From the NCBI GenBank assembly GCA_001244265.2, contig CDLV01000004.1, forward strand, positions 3,534,001 to 3,598,000: 64,000 bases of DNA, read 5' to 3'. A program made the position numbers and the translations under genes. This document shows positions 13,276 through 26,340 of this stretch, piece after piece. Source of the stretch: Microbotryum violaceum. Lineage: Eukaryota. The notes below the pieces were generated by a model that worked only from the letters and a program-made list of their open reading frames with translations, had not been told where the DNA came from and made no database searches. Within the stretch, counting starts at the first letter, position 1. Every line of letters begins with the position of its first letter.

Positions 13276-15460
13276 TCAACAACTAGTAACTAATCATGAT
13301 CGGTAATAGAAGTGGGATGAAACAGCAATATACACTCTGACACCCCCCCCGTGCTGTCATACCACTGCACCTCGTAAGCCCAAATTCGTCCAATGGAAGA
13401 TGAACGGCTTGGGACCCAAGGCCTTGGTGAAGATGTCAGCAAACATGTCGCCAGTGGCGATGTAGCGGACCTCAATCTCTTTCTCAGCAACCCTCTCGCG
13501 GACGTAGTGTTCCGAGATGCGAACGTGACGAGATCCCTGATGGTTGGTCGGGTGTTGTGCCAGAGCAAGCAAACCTTGGTTGTCACCATAGAGCACGACT
13601 GGACCGGGAACCGGAGCCCCGAGTTCGCTCAGGAGTTCGCTCAGGTGAATGGCGTCCCCACTAGCGTACGAAAGAGAGAGGTATCCCGCGTCGGTAGTAG
13701 ACTTGGCGACCCTGTGCTCCCGTTTGGAACACCAAGCAATGGCGGCTCCGGACAAGATGAATGCGTAGCCCATGGTCGATCGCGAGGTTGTCAGGCAGGC
13801 TCCCCAGTTTGCATCCGAGTAGCCATGGAGCGGTTGGTTGGTCTTGCGGTAGGTGAGCCCCAAGTCCAGAGTGCCTTTGATGTAGCGGAGGACGTGCTTG
13901 ATGGCTGTCCAATGCTCCGGGCCGGGTTGCTGCGAGAAGCGCGCGAGGTAGCTGACTACGAAAGCGAGGTCCGGACGAGTGCCAACCGCGGCGTACATCA
14001 ACGAACCGATGGCCTGCAAGTAGCGAGTGCGATCCTCAGGGGTAGCAGACGAGTTCTCGAAATCGAGGACGACACCGGGTTGCATGGGGACGCCCGCTGG
14101 CTTGGCATCGGCGAATTGGAACCTGGCCAAGATATCTCAAAGGTAGCGTTCTTGGGAAAGTGTGATGGACCCGTTGTGCCCGCGTTTGACTTGGATGCCG
14201 AGGATGTATTCGGCAGGCCCGAGACGTTTGATACCATATGCGAGTTCTAACGCGTCGAGAACCCTGTCAAGCTCGGCGGTAGAGGGCCCAACCAACAGCA
14301 AGTCGTCAACGTACAAGGCGATGTAATGAGAGTGCCCGTCGTGTTCGCGGCGGTAGATGCAGATGTCCGATCGGGTGGGCACGTATCCGAGGGAGCGCAA
14401 AGTCGAGTCAATCTCCGCATTCCAGATGGTGCCCGCTTGGCAAAGTCCGTAGATGGATTTGGACAGCCTGAGGATCTTGCCAGGCATGTCGATGCCTAGT
14501 GGAACGCGCATGTAGAGAGGCTTGTCAAGTTTGCCGTGGAGGTACGCCTTGTTGACGTTGGCTTGATGGACATGGTAGCCATTGGCCACGGCGAGGGCAA
14601 TGAGAGCCCAAATGGATGTGAACTTGATGACGGGGGCATAGTTCTGCTCGAAGTCAATGCCAGGGCGTTGGGCACAACCGTGGGCGACGAGACGAGCCTT
14701 GCGATCGATGATGTCCCCGTGCTGGTTGTGTTTAGTTCGGAACACCCAGCCCGACCGTAAGAGGATCTCACCCGCGGGGAGCTCACAGGAGTCAATGACT
14801 TCGAACACCTCGTATTCGTTGAGAAGTGAGTCAAATTCGTCGTGTGCCGGGCCACCCCACGTGTCCTGTTGTCCCGATCGGATGACATCGCCCAATTGGC
14901 TGGATCTCGGACCACGGATAAGTCGTGCTCCGCAAAGCCGGCTTTGGTGGACGCGAAGGCACGGAGCATGCCCTGGAAGGCGGGAGTGGGTCCATCAGGT
15001 CCGCCAACAAGGTCTTCCCGCGTGATGAGGGTGGGAACGAGTTGGCGCCGAGTCCGGGGGCCAGCGGTGATGTGCCGAGCGTCGATTTCACCGTACTTCC
15101 CTGGATCGGGACCAACCTTGGCAACATTGCCGTACTCCCAAGTGGGCTTGACTTTGGCGAGTGGAGTTGGTTCCGGTGGTGCTGGTTCCGGAGGACGCTG
15201 CGGCAGGTGGATCGAAGAAGTGGCATCAGTAGAAGTCAATGTGACCGTGCACCAGTCCGCCCGCCATGGCTCCCAATGTGTGGTAGAACCACCGCCGGTG
15301 TGACTTGGGTGCACCGTCATATTCATCTATCAGCGGTCAGAGCAACTCTGATTAATAGAGTGGACCTGAGTTCAATTCTCAGTTCAGCCAAACTTTCCTT
15401 TGTTTTCCAATTGCATCGTCGTCGAGCGAAGGCGGCTGGGTGGGTTCGAGGCAGAGTGAT
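13276..15460 (-). mobile_element. Ty1/Copia RT-RNase H fragment with PPT and truncated 3' LTR
   Basis: [43 protein letters not shown]-run PPT precedes an LTR starting TGTCAGAG at 13342, which is cut after ~67 bp. Confidence 0.9.
15228..15412 (+). mobile_element. Short hairpin + tRNA-like retroelement, copy 1 (19-bp internal deletion)
   Basis: Near-identical to 24017-24220 and flanked by the direct repeat GCATC (15223-15227 / 15413-15417). Removing it restores the Copia frame (..[12 protein letters not shown]..). Confidence 0.8.
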
Positions 15461-16789
15461 CACCTTGCTAAGCCGCCGCTTTCTGGAGCTCCCCGCTTCT
15501 ATGACTGGATTGGGTCGCATGATCCCTATGAGAAAGTGTTTGCAAGGAGTCAGCACCTGACAATGCAACGAGTGCCCATCAGAGGAGGACCACACCCTGT
15601 AGTATTTATGTGGCGTGGGGCCAACACCCAATGCCGCGGTGGCGATGCTAGATGGCAGATGGCGCGCTCCATTCTCTCTCACTTGCAGTGATCAGCTGAG
15701 GCTGGGTGCGCCGCAGTTGGCATTTCAAATCAAAATGGCAGCATCCAGGTACCCCCTACTTTTGGATTTTTTCCTCGAGGCTTGATTGATCTGAACTTGA
15801 TCTAAACCCCGTCAGATCTGATCTAATGCGGACCCTTGGGGCGGCGGACAGGGCTAATGCGACTTGGGGCGTGTCATGAGTCGTGACAGGCAGTTTATCA
15901 ATCATGGGACAGAAGATGGAAGGAAAAATAGCGCTGTTGGAACCCGTTTAACAAAGCCATTAAAACCGGGACGCACATCTGGACACCGGGCCTCGTTCGG
16001 CCGGCTCCGTGCGGACAGGGGCCGCTGCGATCGGGCCCGCACTGAGCCCGTGCAGTGAATCCGGTGATCGTGCTAATCGGACCAATCAAAATGATCGGGC
16101 AGGTCAGGAAACTTACTCGCAGAGACATTCCTTTTCCTCATCCAGAAAACTCAATCAGTAGCAGTGATGCGGAACAACATGGCTTCCATGTTGCACAAAG
16201 GTGCTGCAAAAGTTGGAGTGTCGGCAACACGTCGTCCGTCGGCGTGCCAGATCGAGTTCGGTGGGGAGGTGCCGAATGCCGAACATCATCGCACTGTGGC
16301 GGCTCGCGCTTTTCCCCTCCGATGTCTCGATTGGATGCCAATGGGGTTCTTGAGCACGGGAAGGGGATTGTGACCTTCCTTGTGTATCTTTCGGTTTGTT
16401 TGGTTGTGTTGGGATGAGGAAGATGATTGATCTTCCTGGACGAGACCCTGGGATGATGCGTACACCCCAATTCCCGAACCCCCGGTTCGGACAGGCGCCC
16501 TGGCGCCGGACGCGTACCACAGGTCACGCCCCCCACATTCACAACCAAAGAAACACAGCGAAAGGTGCCTACGTTACAACGCATGAATCGAGTGCAAGCT
16601 TGTCAGCCTTGCTCAGCACTTGGATTGCAATCCTCTTGTGCTGCCGCCAATACCTGTTGAAGGCATTCGATGACCAACGGACAAGGATTCGGATGTGATC
16701 TGTGTACACCTTTACAAAGGTAAAATGACCTCACAAACAAACAAAGGTACACGACATCGCAGACACAGGGAGACATAACTCTGTGCAAA

Positions 16790-19795
<3,006 letters not shown>

Positions 19796-21104
19796 ATTGC
19801 GCCGAGGTGCGCCGCGCCCGTTGTGAAAGCCATCCTAGTCTTCGTAGCTTAGACCTGACCTTCTCTTGCATTGAATCTCATCTCATCTCATCTCCTCCCT
19901 TCCGTTGAGAATCATGTGCAGTGCCGTCAGAACCTCCTGCTCCAAGTGGCGATTGCGACAGGCCGCCCTGCAGCGTTTCCCAACCGACCCAAAAACAACA
20001 ACAAAAACGGAACTCCCTTCACCGCACAATCCACCCACCACGACCTAATTCTTCCTATACTTGGCTCCACTCCCGAACTCACAACCCCATCCTCACCCTT
20101 CCCAATCACCGTGGCTCCTTCAACGGACCCACAACAAACGCCTCGATCGCCTTCCACGTCGCGATCGGACACGTCCACCACCCGCTGAGTTTGGCCTCAC
20201 CCCGCTCCCTCGCTGCTTCTACAACACTCCCTCCGTCGTTTACACCGACACCACCCGCGCTTCGTCCTCGCGCCGCAAGACCTACCTTGTCCTTTGGCAA
20301 CGTAGGGCCCTCACCATCTGACCGTATACAGAAACCCCCTTACAACTTTACTCCTCCGTTAGCCACAGCTTCGACAGCACCTCCCTCACGAACAGCGCTC
20401 ACTCTACCGTCCACCAACTCCGCTCAGGGCACGCCCCCCCTGAATGTAGAAGTGGAAGTTGATAAACTTCTGCCCCCTCCCGGCCTTTCTCCCCCGACAA
20501 CCTCCCGGGCTCAACAACATCTACAATCCGCCCAACCCCGCCTCACCTACAACTTCAACAGGCAAATCGCCCTTCGACCCACGACCAGGCACGTGCGTCC
20601 CGTGCTTCTCTCGTGCCGCAACTCTCTACCAAGTTACCCGGCAGGAGTAAGGCAGGCGCAGCCTAGGTCTGACAATATTTCTCTCGATGAGACGGTGTTA
20701 TTACTCTCACCCACCGCAATTGAGACGACTATAGTTTGCAAGCACCATGTCCATTGTTTCAACATTAAGTTGCTCCACTAACTCAATCTAAATCAGAAGC
20801 TGGTCTAACCGCCCGAGAAGTATTCGTCTTTCTGACCAGCGAATTCATTGCCGTAGCTTTCACCCGAAGAGCTGCCCATCTCACCGTCCTGCTCGAGGAG
20901 TGATGCGGAGAAAGGCCTCACCTCCTTTGCGAGTTGAGCCTCGTCGCTCATAGCCATCTGCACCTGAATGACCCGCACTCGCTGAACGTCACGGGGCGCA
21001 TTAGTAGGCGGAGCGACGCCTTACAATTTGGTGGCCCTGCTCGACTGCTCCACCCGGGAGTGCACCCATATCACTGCCAAGGAGACTCACCTGCGCTTGC
21101 CTAC

Positions 21105-21386
21105 CACTGAGGGTCGGTTGATTCCGGTAATACCCAGGTCTCACCTGGGTATTGTCCCGAGCGCGCCTGGGTATTACCCAGGCGCGCGGTATTAACCCCA
21201 CGACGGGCATTAACTCTCTGACGGGTATTACCCACGGAGATGGGTAATACCCAGCCAACGGGGAATACCCGGGCGCGCGGTAATACCCCCGAGCCGGGTA
21301 TTACTCATCTCTCTGGGTAATTAACGCGCCCCCGGAGGGGGCGACGGGTCCCTGAACCTCTGACGGAGTAACACCGACTGACAGTG
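21105..21386. mobile_element. MITE with CACTG termini
   Basis: Imperfect TIRs CACTGAGGGTCGGT / ACCGACTGACAGTG. The interior is packed with GGGTATTACCC/GGGTAATACCC palindromic repeats. Confidence 0.75.
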
Positions 21387-24016
21387 TCAGCTAGTATTAC
21401 TAAGAACGTACCATGGAACGGGTATGCAGCACCAAGTTTTCGAGTCAGTTTGGTTCACATGAATGAGGCGTTTAAATGTGCCAAATGTTAATGAACATTG
21501 CAGACAACGAGATCGAGCCAGAGCTGGGGGTGTAATGCATAAGTTGAGATCACTCGACATCGCCCATGTCACAGTGCGCGTCTGGACGAGTTTGCGTTCG
21601 CATGTGGTCATCAGCGTTGGGGACCCACATCGCGCGCTCACCGAAGTCAGCTTTAAGAAGTGGTTTCAGTTGACGTCGAGAGATTGGGATTTCCGGGAGC
21701 GACTTGGGCGCGAGACGGCCTGGCTTGGCTAGGCGCGGTGAATGTGTCCACCGCCAAGAGACATGGGAATCCAATGGCATGGAGTGTCAGTACTCCCCCA
21801 CAGATCTTTCACAGTGGGAAGAGCATTGCAACCCATGATTAGGTGACTTTTTGTCGTTGGCCTAAACAGTATCTGCTTTGTCAAGAAACTTGTCCTTGAT
21901 GCGCCCAAAGCTGTGAGATACCTTGTCATTGCAATGGTGAGTGTAAATCTGCCGGGTCGACGGTGACGAAAATGGTGTACATACCGAAAGCGTTGACGTA
22001 TCCGCGGATCTCATTCCTCATGTCGAGCATCTGCGCAGTTGTGCCGTAAATTTTGTCTCCGACACTTTGCAATTCCGCCAGAAAACAGTTGATATGCTTC
22101 TCTGCTTTTGTTGTGCCTTGTATCTTTTCGTGTCTTTGGGAATTTTTTGATCATTTCGGACACAACATCCATGTCGATTTCGAGCAGTGCTGCTGCAATT
22201 CGTGCCATCTCCTTATTGGGGACCCGAAAAGCGAGTTGGCAAAACACTTCCTTGTTGGCGGAGCATGTTCGAGACGATGAATGGGCAAGACGGGTTGCAT
22301 CAAAACCGCTGTTGTATAGATTGAACAAATGTTTGACTTGCTTGTCCAGAGAAATCTTGAGGTCGTGCTCGACACAGAAACCGACGAGACCAATTGGATC
22401 AAGGTGTGGCCACAGCTTTAAGAGCACAAGCTCGTCCGAAGGTGCCCACAAACGTGAAGGGGCATCGCCTGTTGGAATGACATAGGTGGGCTTGTCCTGG
22501 TTGAAATAACGGAGAGCTTTCTCAAAGAGCAGTCATGAGTGGATTGGTTTGTCGGTAGGGCGTGGCGGCACATGGACGCGTTCAAATACTGGTTCATCAG
22601 AGTCGTTATGCAGTACGTAGTTGCGTAGCCTTCAAAGAGCGATGATGTTGGTTCCACTGTCTCTGCCGTCACCACATTCGCCAAAACTACGTCGGGCACG
22701 AGACCGTCTCCATCCGCGATTTGTCGATCCGATACTTGGGGAGCAACCCAGACGGAAGCCGAAGTCGAAGTGGAAGCTGAAACCGCCGTAGAAGCTGGAG
22801 AGCGCGGGTTGAGCACACCCGCCCTGGCCGGAACTGCGTCGAACGAGCTGTGCAATCGCCATCAAAGGAGACGGCAGAGTGCGCCGAATTCTTGCTCTCG
22901 TTGATCAACCACTCGAGCATCTTTTGGATCCGACTCTGCTTCATGATCATGGGCTGACACTTGTCCAGCTCCGCAAGGTTGGGGCTCCCTCCACAGAATG
23001 CAAACACTGTCAGCGAGCTCCTTGACTGACATGGGCAGTACATCGGTGAACGAAGCGGTGTATTGGCTGAAGATGAGGGTGTTTTCGCGCGTAAGTTCTT
23101 GTTGAGCTTTCGGGATATCCGAAACGAGTTAGCTTGTACACGATCTTGTAGGCTCTGGCACGCGCAGTGACGAGGTGCTCAAGCTGACTTGCGTTGGAGA
23201 AGCAATCTCGGACATCAGCGGAGACGTGATCCAGTGCGGGATAAAATCCGCTGCTCAACGACTAAGGGGGACTTAGTCGGTGGCCCTGTGGTAAGGAACA
23301 GCTGTTTGAAGCAGTCTGGACAGAATGAGCACTGAAGCGTGATGTTTGTGGGCGAGTACGCGATCTGATCGATTAAAGAGTCGCTCGGTTGATGGAGACG
23401 TCGGGGACGGATGAGCGCACCCCGTCAAGCTGAAAAATCGTAAGTCGGAGGTCCGTCCGTAGTGTAGGGTTGGTCAATCCCCTCCAAATCCCTGATTCCT
23501 CGCGCTTGATGTCATCTTCAGGCACCGATCGTACGTTATGCCCGAAGACTCTCTCGGAACACACCAGGCAGCAGAAGAGACGGGAACGAGCGTCGGTGAA
23601 GTAATCATTCCATTCAGAACGGTTCTCGGTCTTGAACTGATCGGATGCTGGCGCAAAATGCGATGTTACTTTACCGGGATCTTCTTGTGCGGGTTCGGGA
23701 TGCAGCGGTGGACGTCTGTGCAGCGTTTGTTTAGAGTCAGTTGCTGAGACGTTCTCGCGATTCTTCTGGACTTCCTTGTTCAGTCAGGCTCGAAGCACGT
23801 CAACAGGTTTTGATGCGTATGCTCTGTGGTCGGAGAAGCAATGACGACGTGGCCGAGTCACGGGACTCGCCGCTTGTTGCCTTCTGAAAGCATATCCATT
23901 TGAACAAGCATTACAGTTGGGGTCGCACGACCAAAGGAGCGCTTGTAGGGATAGCCGAGTCTTTCGCAAGCGGGTTTCTCCTGGAGTATCCTTCCACGTG
24001 GTGGGCCCGAAAAAGC

Positions 24017-24220
24017 AGTAGAAGTCAATGTGACCGTGCACCAGTCCGCCCGCCATGGCTCCCAATGTGTGGTAGAACCACCGCCGGTGTGACTTGGGTG
24101 CACCGTCATGTTCATCTATTCCCACTGGTTGAGTAGCTCAGCGGTCAGAGCAACTCTGATTAATAGAGTGGACCTGAGTTCAATTCTCAGTTCAGCCAAA
24201 CTTTCCTTTGTTTTCCAATT
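24017..24220 (+). mobile_element. Short hairpin + tRNA-like retroelement, copy 2 (full length, 204 bp)
   Basis: Perfect 13-bp TSD GGCCCGAAAAAGC (24004-24016 / 24221-24233). A second copy lies at 15228. Confidence 0.85.
24127..24198 (+). ncRNA. tRNA-like cloverleaf (pseudo-tRNA, 72 nt) with Pol III A/B boxes
   Basis: Acceptor GGTTGAG/TTCAGCC-A, D arm GCTC/GAGC, anticodon arm ACTCT-GATTAAT-AGAGT, T arm CTGAG-TTCAATT-CTCAG, with a downstream T-run. The loop lacks U33. Confidence 0.7.
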
Positions 24221-25049
24221 GGCCCGAAAAAGCTCCTTCAGGAGACTCCCATGCTGAAGTTGATGCTGCTGCACACGAGCTGCCCAAGACTGCATTTGAC
24301 AACCACATCATTGAGCACTGACACTGGACGATCGTGTACGAGCGGACCGGAATACACATACTTGCTTGATCGGTGCGGCGGGAGGATCGGCTGTCGCTAG
24401 TGGTGGACGCGAGGGTTAACACGTTGCTGAGATTCGAGCGTTGTGCACTGCAGTGGGCTGACCTTGGCGATGGTGCGGACTCGGAGGTGTACAAGATCAG
24501 AAAGCAATGACATGACGGCGATTGTGTGATAGCCTGTCTTAGAGATGCAAGGAAACTTGGCCCAAGTTAGAACAAGGCAGTACAGAGAGACGGAAAGGAG
24601 AGGGCCGGGCGGTGGCAACTTGCCAGCGGAGGCCAGCCTGAGTGCGCTAGCTTATGCTTGTCTGCGCTAGTGGTGCGCTCTGGTGCGGGGACTCGGGGAG
24701 GCTGTCGACTCCATTGTAAGAGCGCAATGCGAACCGAAATAGCTGGGATGGAGTCGGATTTGCAGCATAAGAACCAGGCATCCCGTAACAAACGGGATGG
24801 GTTGAAAATCTACCCACGAGAGACCATAGATAAGAAAGTAAAGGAAAGAAATAGACCAACAAGGCTGTTTTTGTATTTATTTATTTTGTAGGGTGGGTGG
24901 GAGGAGACAAAGATAGAACAACTATGCTTGTAAAGCGCGATTCTATGAGTACTCAGAATACTGCAAAGACTCTGAGGACTATGGCATACCTATGCTTGTA
25001 AAGTGTGTCGCTTGGAGACAAGAAGACAGCAAAGGAAACAGACCTCATC

Positions 25050-26340
25050 AGCAACTTTGCTCGAAGCGGTCCATGAGCTTGGCTGCGCGGCGCTTGTGGG
25101 TGTGGAGCCGCTTTCGGCAATCACTTGAGTTGAGAAGTACAAGATCCCCAACAGACCAAGAGGGTTCATCCCGACACCTCTTGTTGGACTGTGCTGCCTG
25201 CCAAACCTTGGAAATGGCAAGCTGGTCCCGGGCGTCTTTGCAGGCTTGGAATTGAAGGGCAAGCAACTCCTCAACCGACGGCAAGTCGTCATCGCCGTTG
25301 ACACGGGCAAGTGGGGCAAGGGAGGGTGTGTATCCAAGCACGAGCTCGAAGGGGGTTTTCCCGGTAGCGACATTGAGAGACAAGTTGATGGCATACTCAC
25401 AGACAGCAAGGCACTCCGCCCAGTTGGATTGCTCCTTGTTGACGAGCGCTCGAAGAATCTGGAAGGCAGTCTTGTTCGTTTTCTCGCTGCGACTGTCCGT
25501 CTCCGGGTGAAACACCAAAGAGAGCTGGAGCTTGATGTTCAGGCGCTTGTGTAGGGCAGTCCAGAACTTGCTTGTAAACAGCTTGTCCTGGTCCGAGACA
25601 ATGCTTTGAGGGAGGCCAAAGAGGCGGTGCCATCCTTCATGGAAGCGCGCAGCGACCTCCGCTGCAGTGTCAGCTTCGCGTGCAGGGAGCAAACAGACCT
25701 ACCCCGACAGGCGGTCGGTGATTGTTAACACACGGTCGAAGCCTTTGTTGGCGGGCAGTGGTCCGACAAAATCGATGGCAATGTCGGCCATGGGTTGTGC
25801 CGGGACAGGTAGCGAGTGGAGTTTGCCAGCAATGCGAGTGGTACGAGCCTTTGTCCGTTGACAAGAATCACATTGTTGGACGTAGTGCTTGACGTCCCGG
25901 GACATGTTTGGCCAGAAGTATGCCTACTGAACGGTCCGGTACGTTTTCATATCACCTAGGTGCCCCTGCGCATCATGAGCATCATGAAGGATGGACTCAC
26001 GGAGCGGGGCTAGTGATGGAATGATAAGCCGGCCCTGTAAATACAGCAATGCATCAACAATCTTGAAGTCCGATGTGACCGAGCCAATGTTAGCCATGGC
26101 TTGCTGGCAGAATCGGTCGGTCTTGTACGCGTCAAGGATCTGCTGCTTGACAGCATCCAAAAGCTTGACATGGGAGACAGAGGCCATTAGGGTGGACAGT
26201 GGATCAGTGAAGGAGTATCGACTCATCGACTCATGGCGTCGGCTACAATGTTGTCCTTGCCAGGCAGGTATCGAAGGTCGTAATCAAATTTGGCCAGGGT
26301 GTCCAGCCAACGGGCTTGTTGGCGAGAGAGAACGGTGCGC
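25050..26340 (-). mobile_element. Ty3/Gypsy RNase H end and integrase fragment, degenerate
   Basis: LSRQQARW..YLPGKDNIVADAMSR, HDAHDAQGH, CDSCQ, IAIDFVGPLP, IVSDQD, FHPETDSRSE. Cut at 26340 by another Gypsy LTR. Confidence 0.9.

Larger units (their letters stand above)
13070..15838 (-). mobile_element. Internally deleted hAT-type element carrying a Copia fragment
   Basis: 24-bp TIRs CAAGGATCCGCATTAGATCAGATC / GATCTGATCTAATGCGGACCCTTG (1 mismatch), GATCT-rich subterminal repeats and a near 8-bp TSD (GGGCG-CG vs GGGCGGCG). An acidic C-terminal remnant EEYDEDDEDEVVEEEDENFNM* lies at ~13200-13275. Confidence 0.8.
11149..15877 (-). pseudogene. GT71 alpha-mannosyltransferase (MNN1/MNN2-like) pseudogene, split by a hAT insertion at 13070-15838
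   Basis: GGYAIKPFALLASPFKETILVDADVVFMQDP (DxD motif), LFFRDR and an N-terminal membrane anchor. Several frameshifts are present. The start ATG at 15877 lies on the far side of the insertion. Confidence 0.8.
21391..24860 (-). mobile_element. Degenerate Helitron (Rep N-terminal region); 5' boundary approximate
   Basis: ARARAYKIVYKL, LWPHLDPIGLVGF...ISLDKQVKHL and FGMYTIFVT resemble Helitron Rep N-terminal motifs. Many stops. A putative 3' hairpin and CTAG lie at 21391-21430. Confidence 0.65.

Noticed and set aside
13393-14250. 285-aa + strand ORF
   Set aside because: Antisense shadow of the Copia RT/RNase H.
19921-20781. 286-aa Pro/Thr-rich ORF
   Set aside because: Non-ATG start, low complexity and no recognisable domain; may be a gene or TE relic but cannot be assigned.
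24030-24110. Hammerhead or HDV ribozyme in the hairpin
   Set aside because: No CUGANGA/GAAA core and no convincing nested pseudoknot seen by eye.
24127-24198. Functional ochre suppressor tRNA
   Set aside because: The anticodon loop lacks the invariant U33 and a pyrimidine at 32, and it sits inside a TSD-flanked insertion; treated as a pseudo-tRNA.
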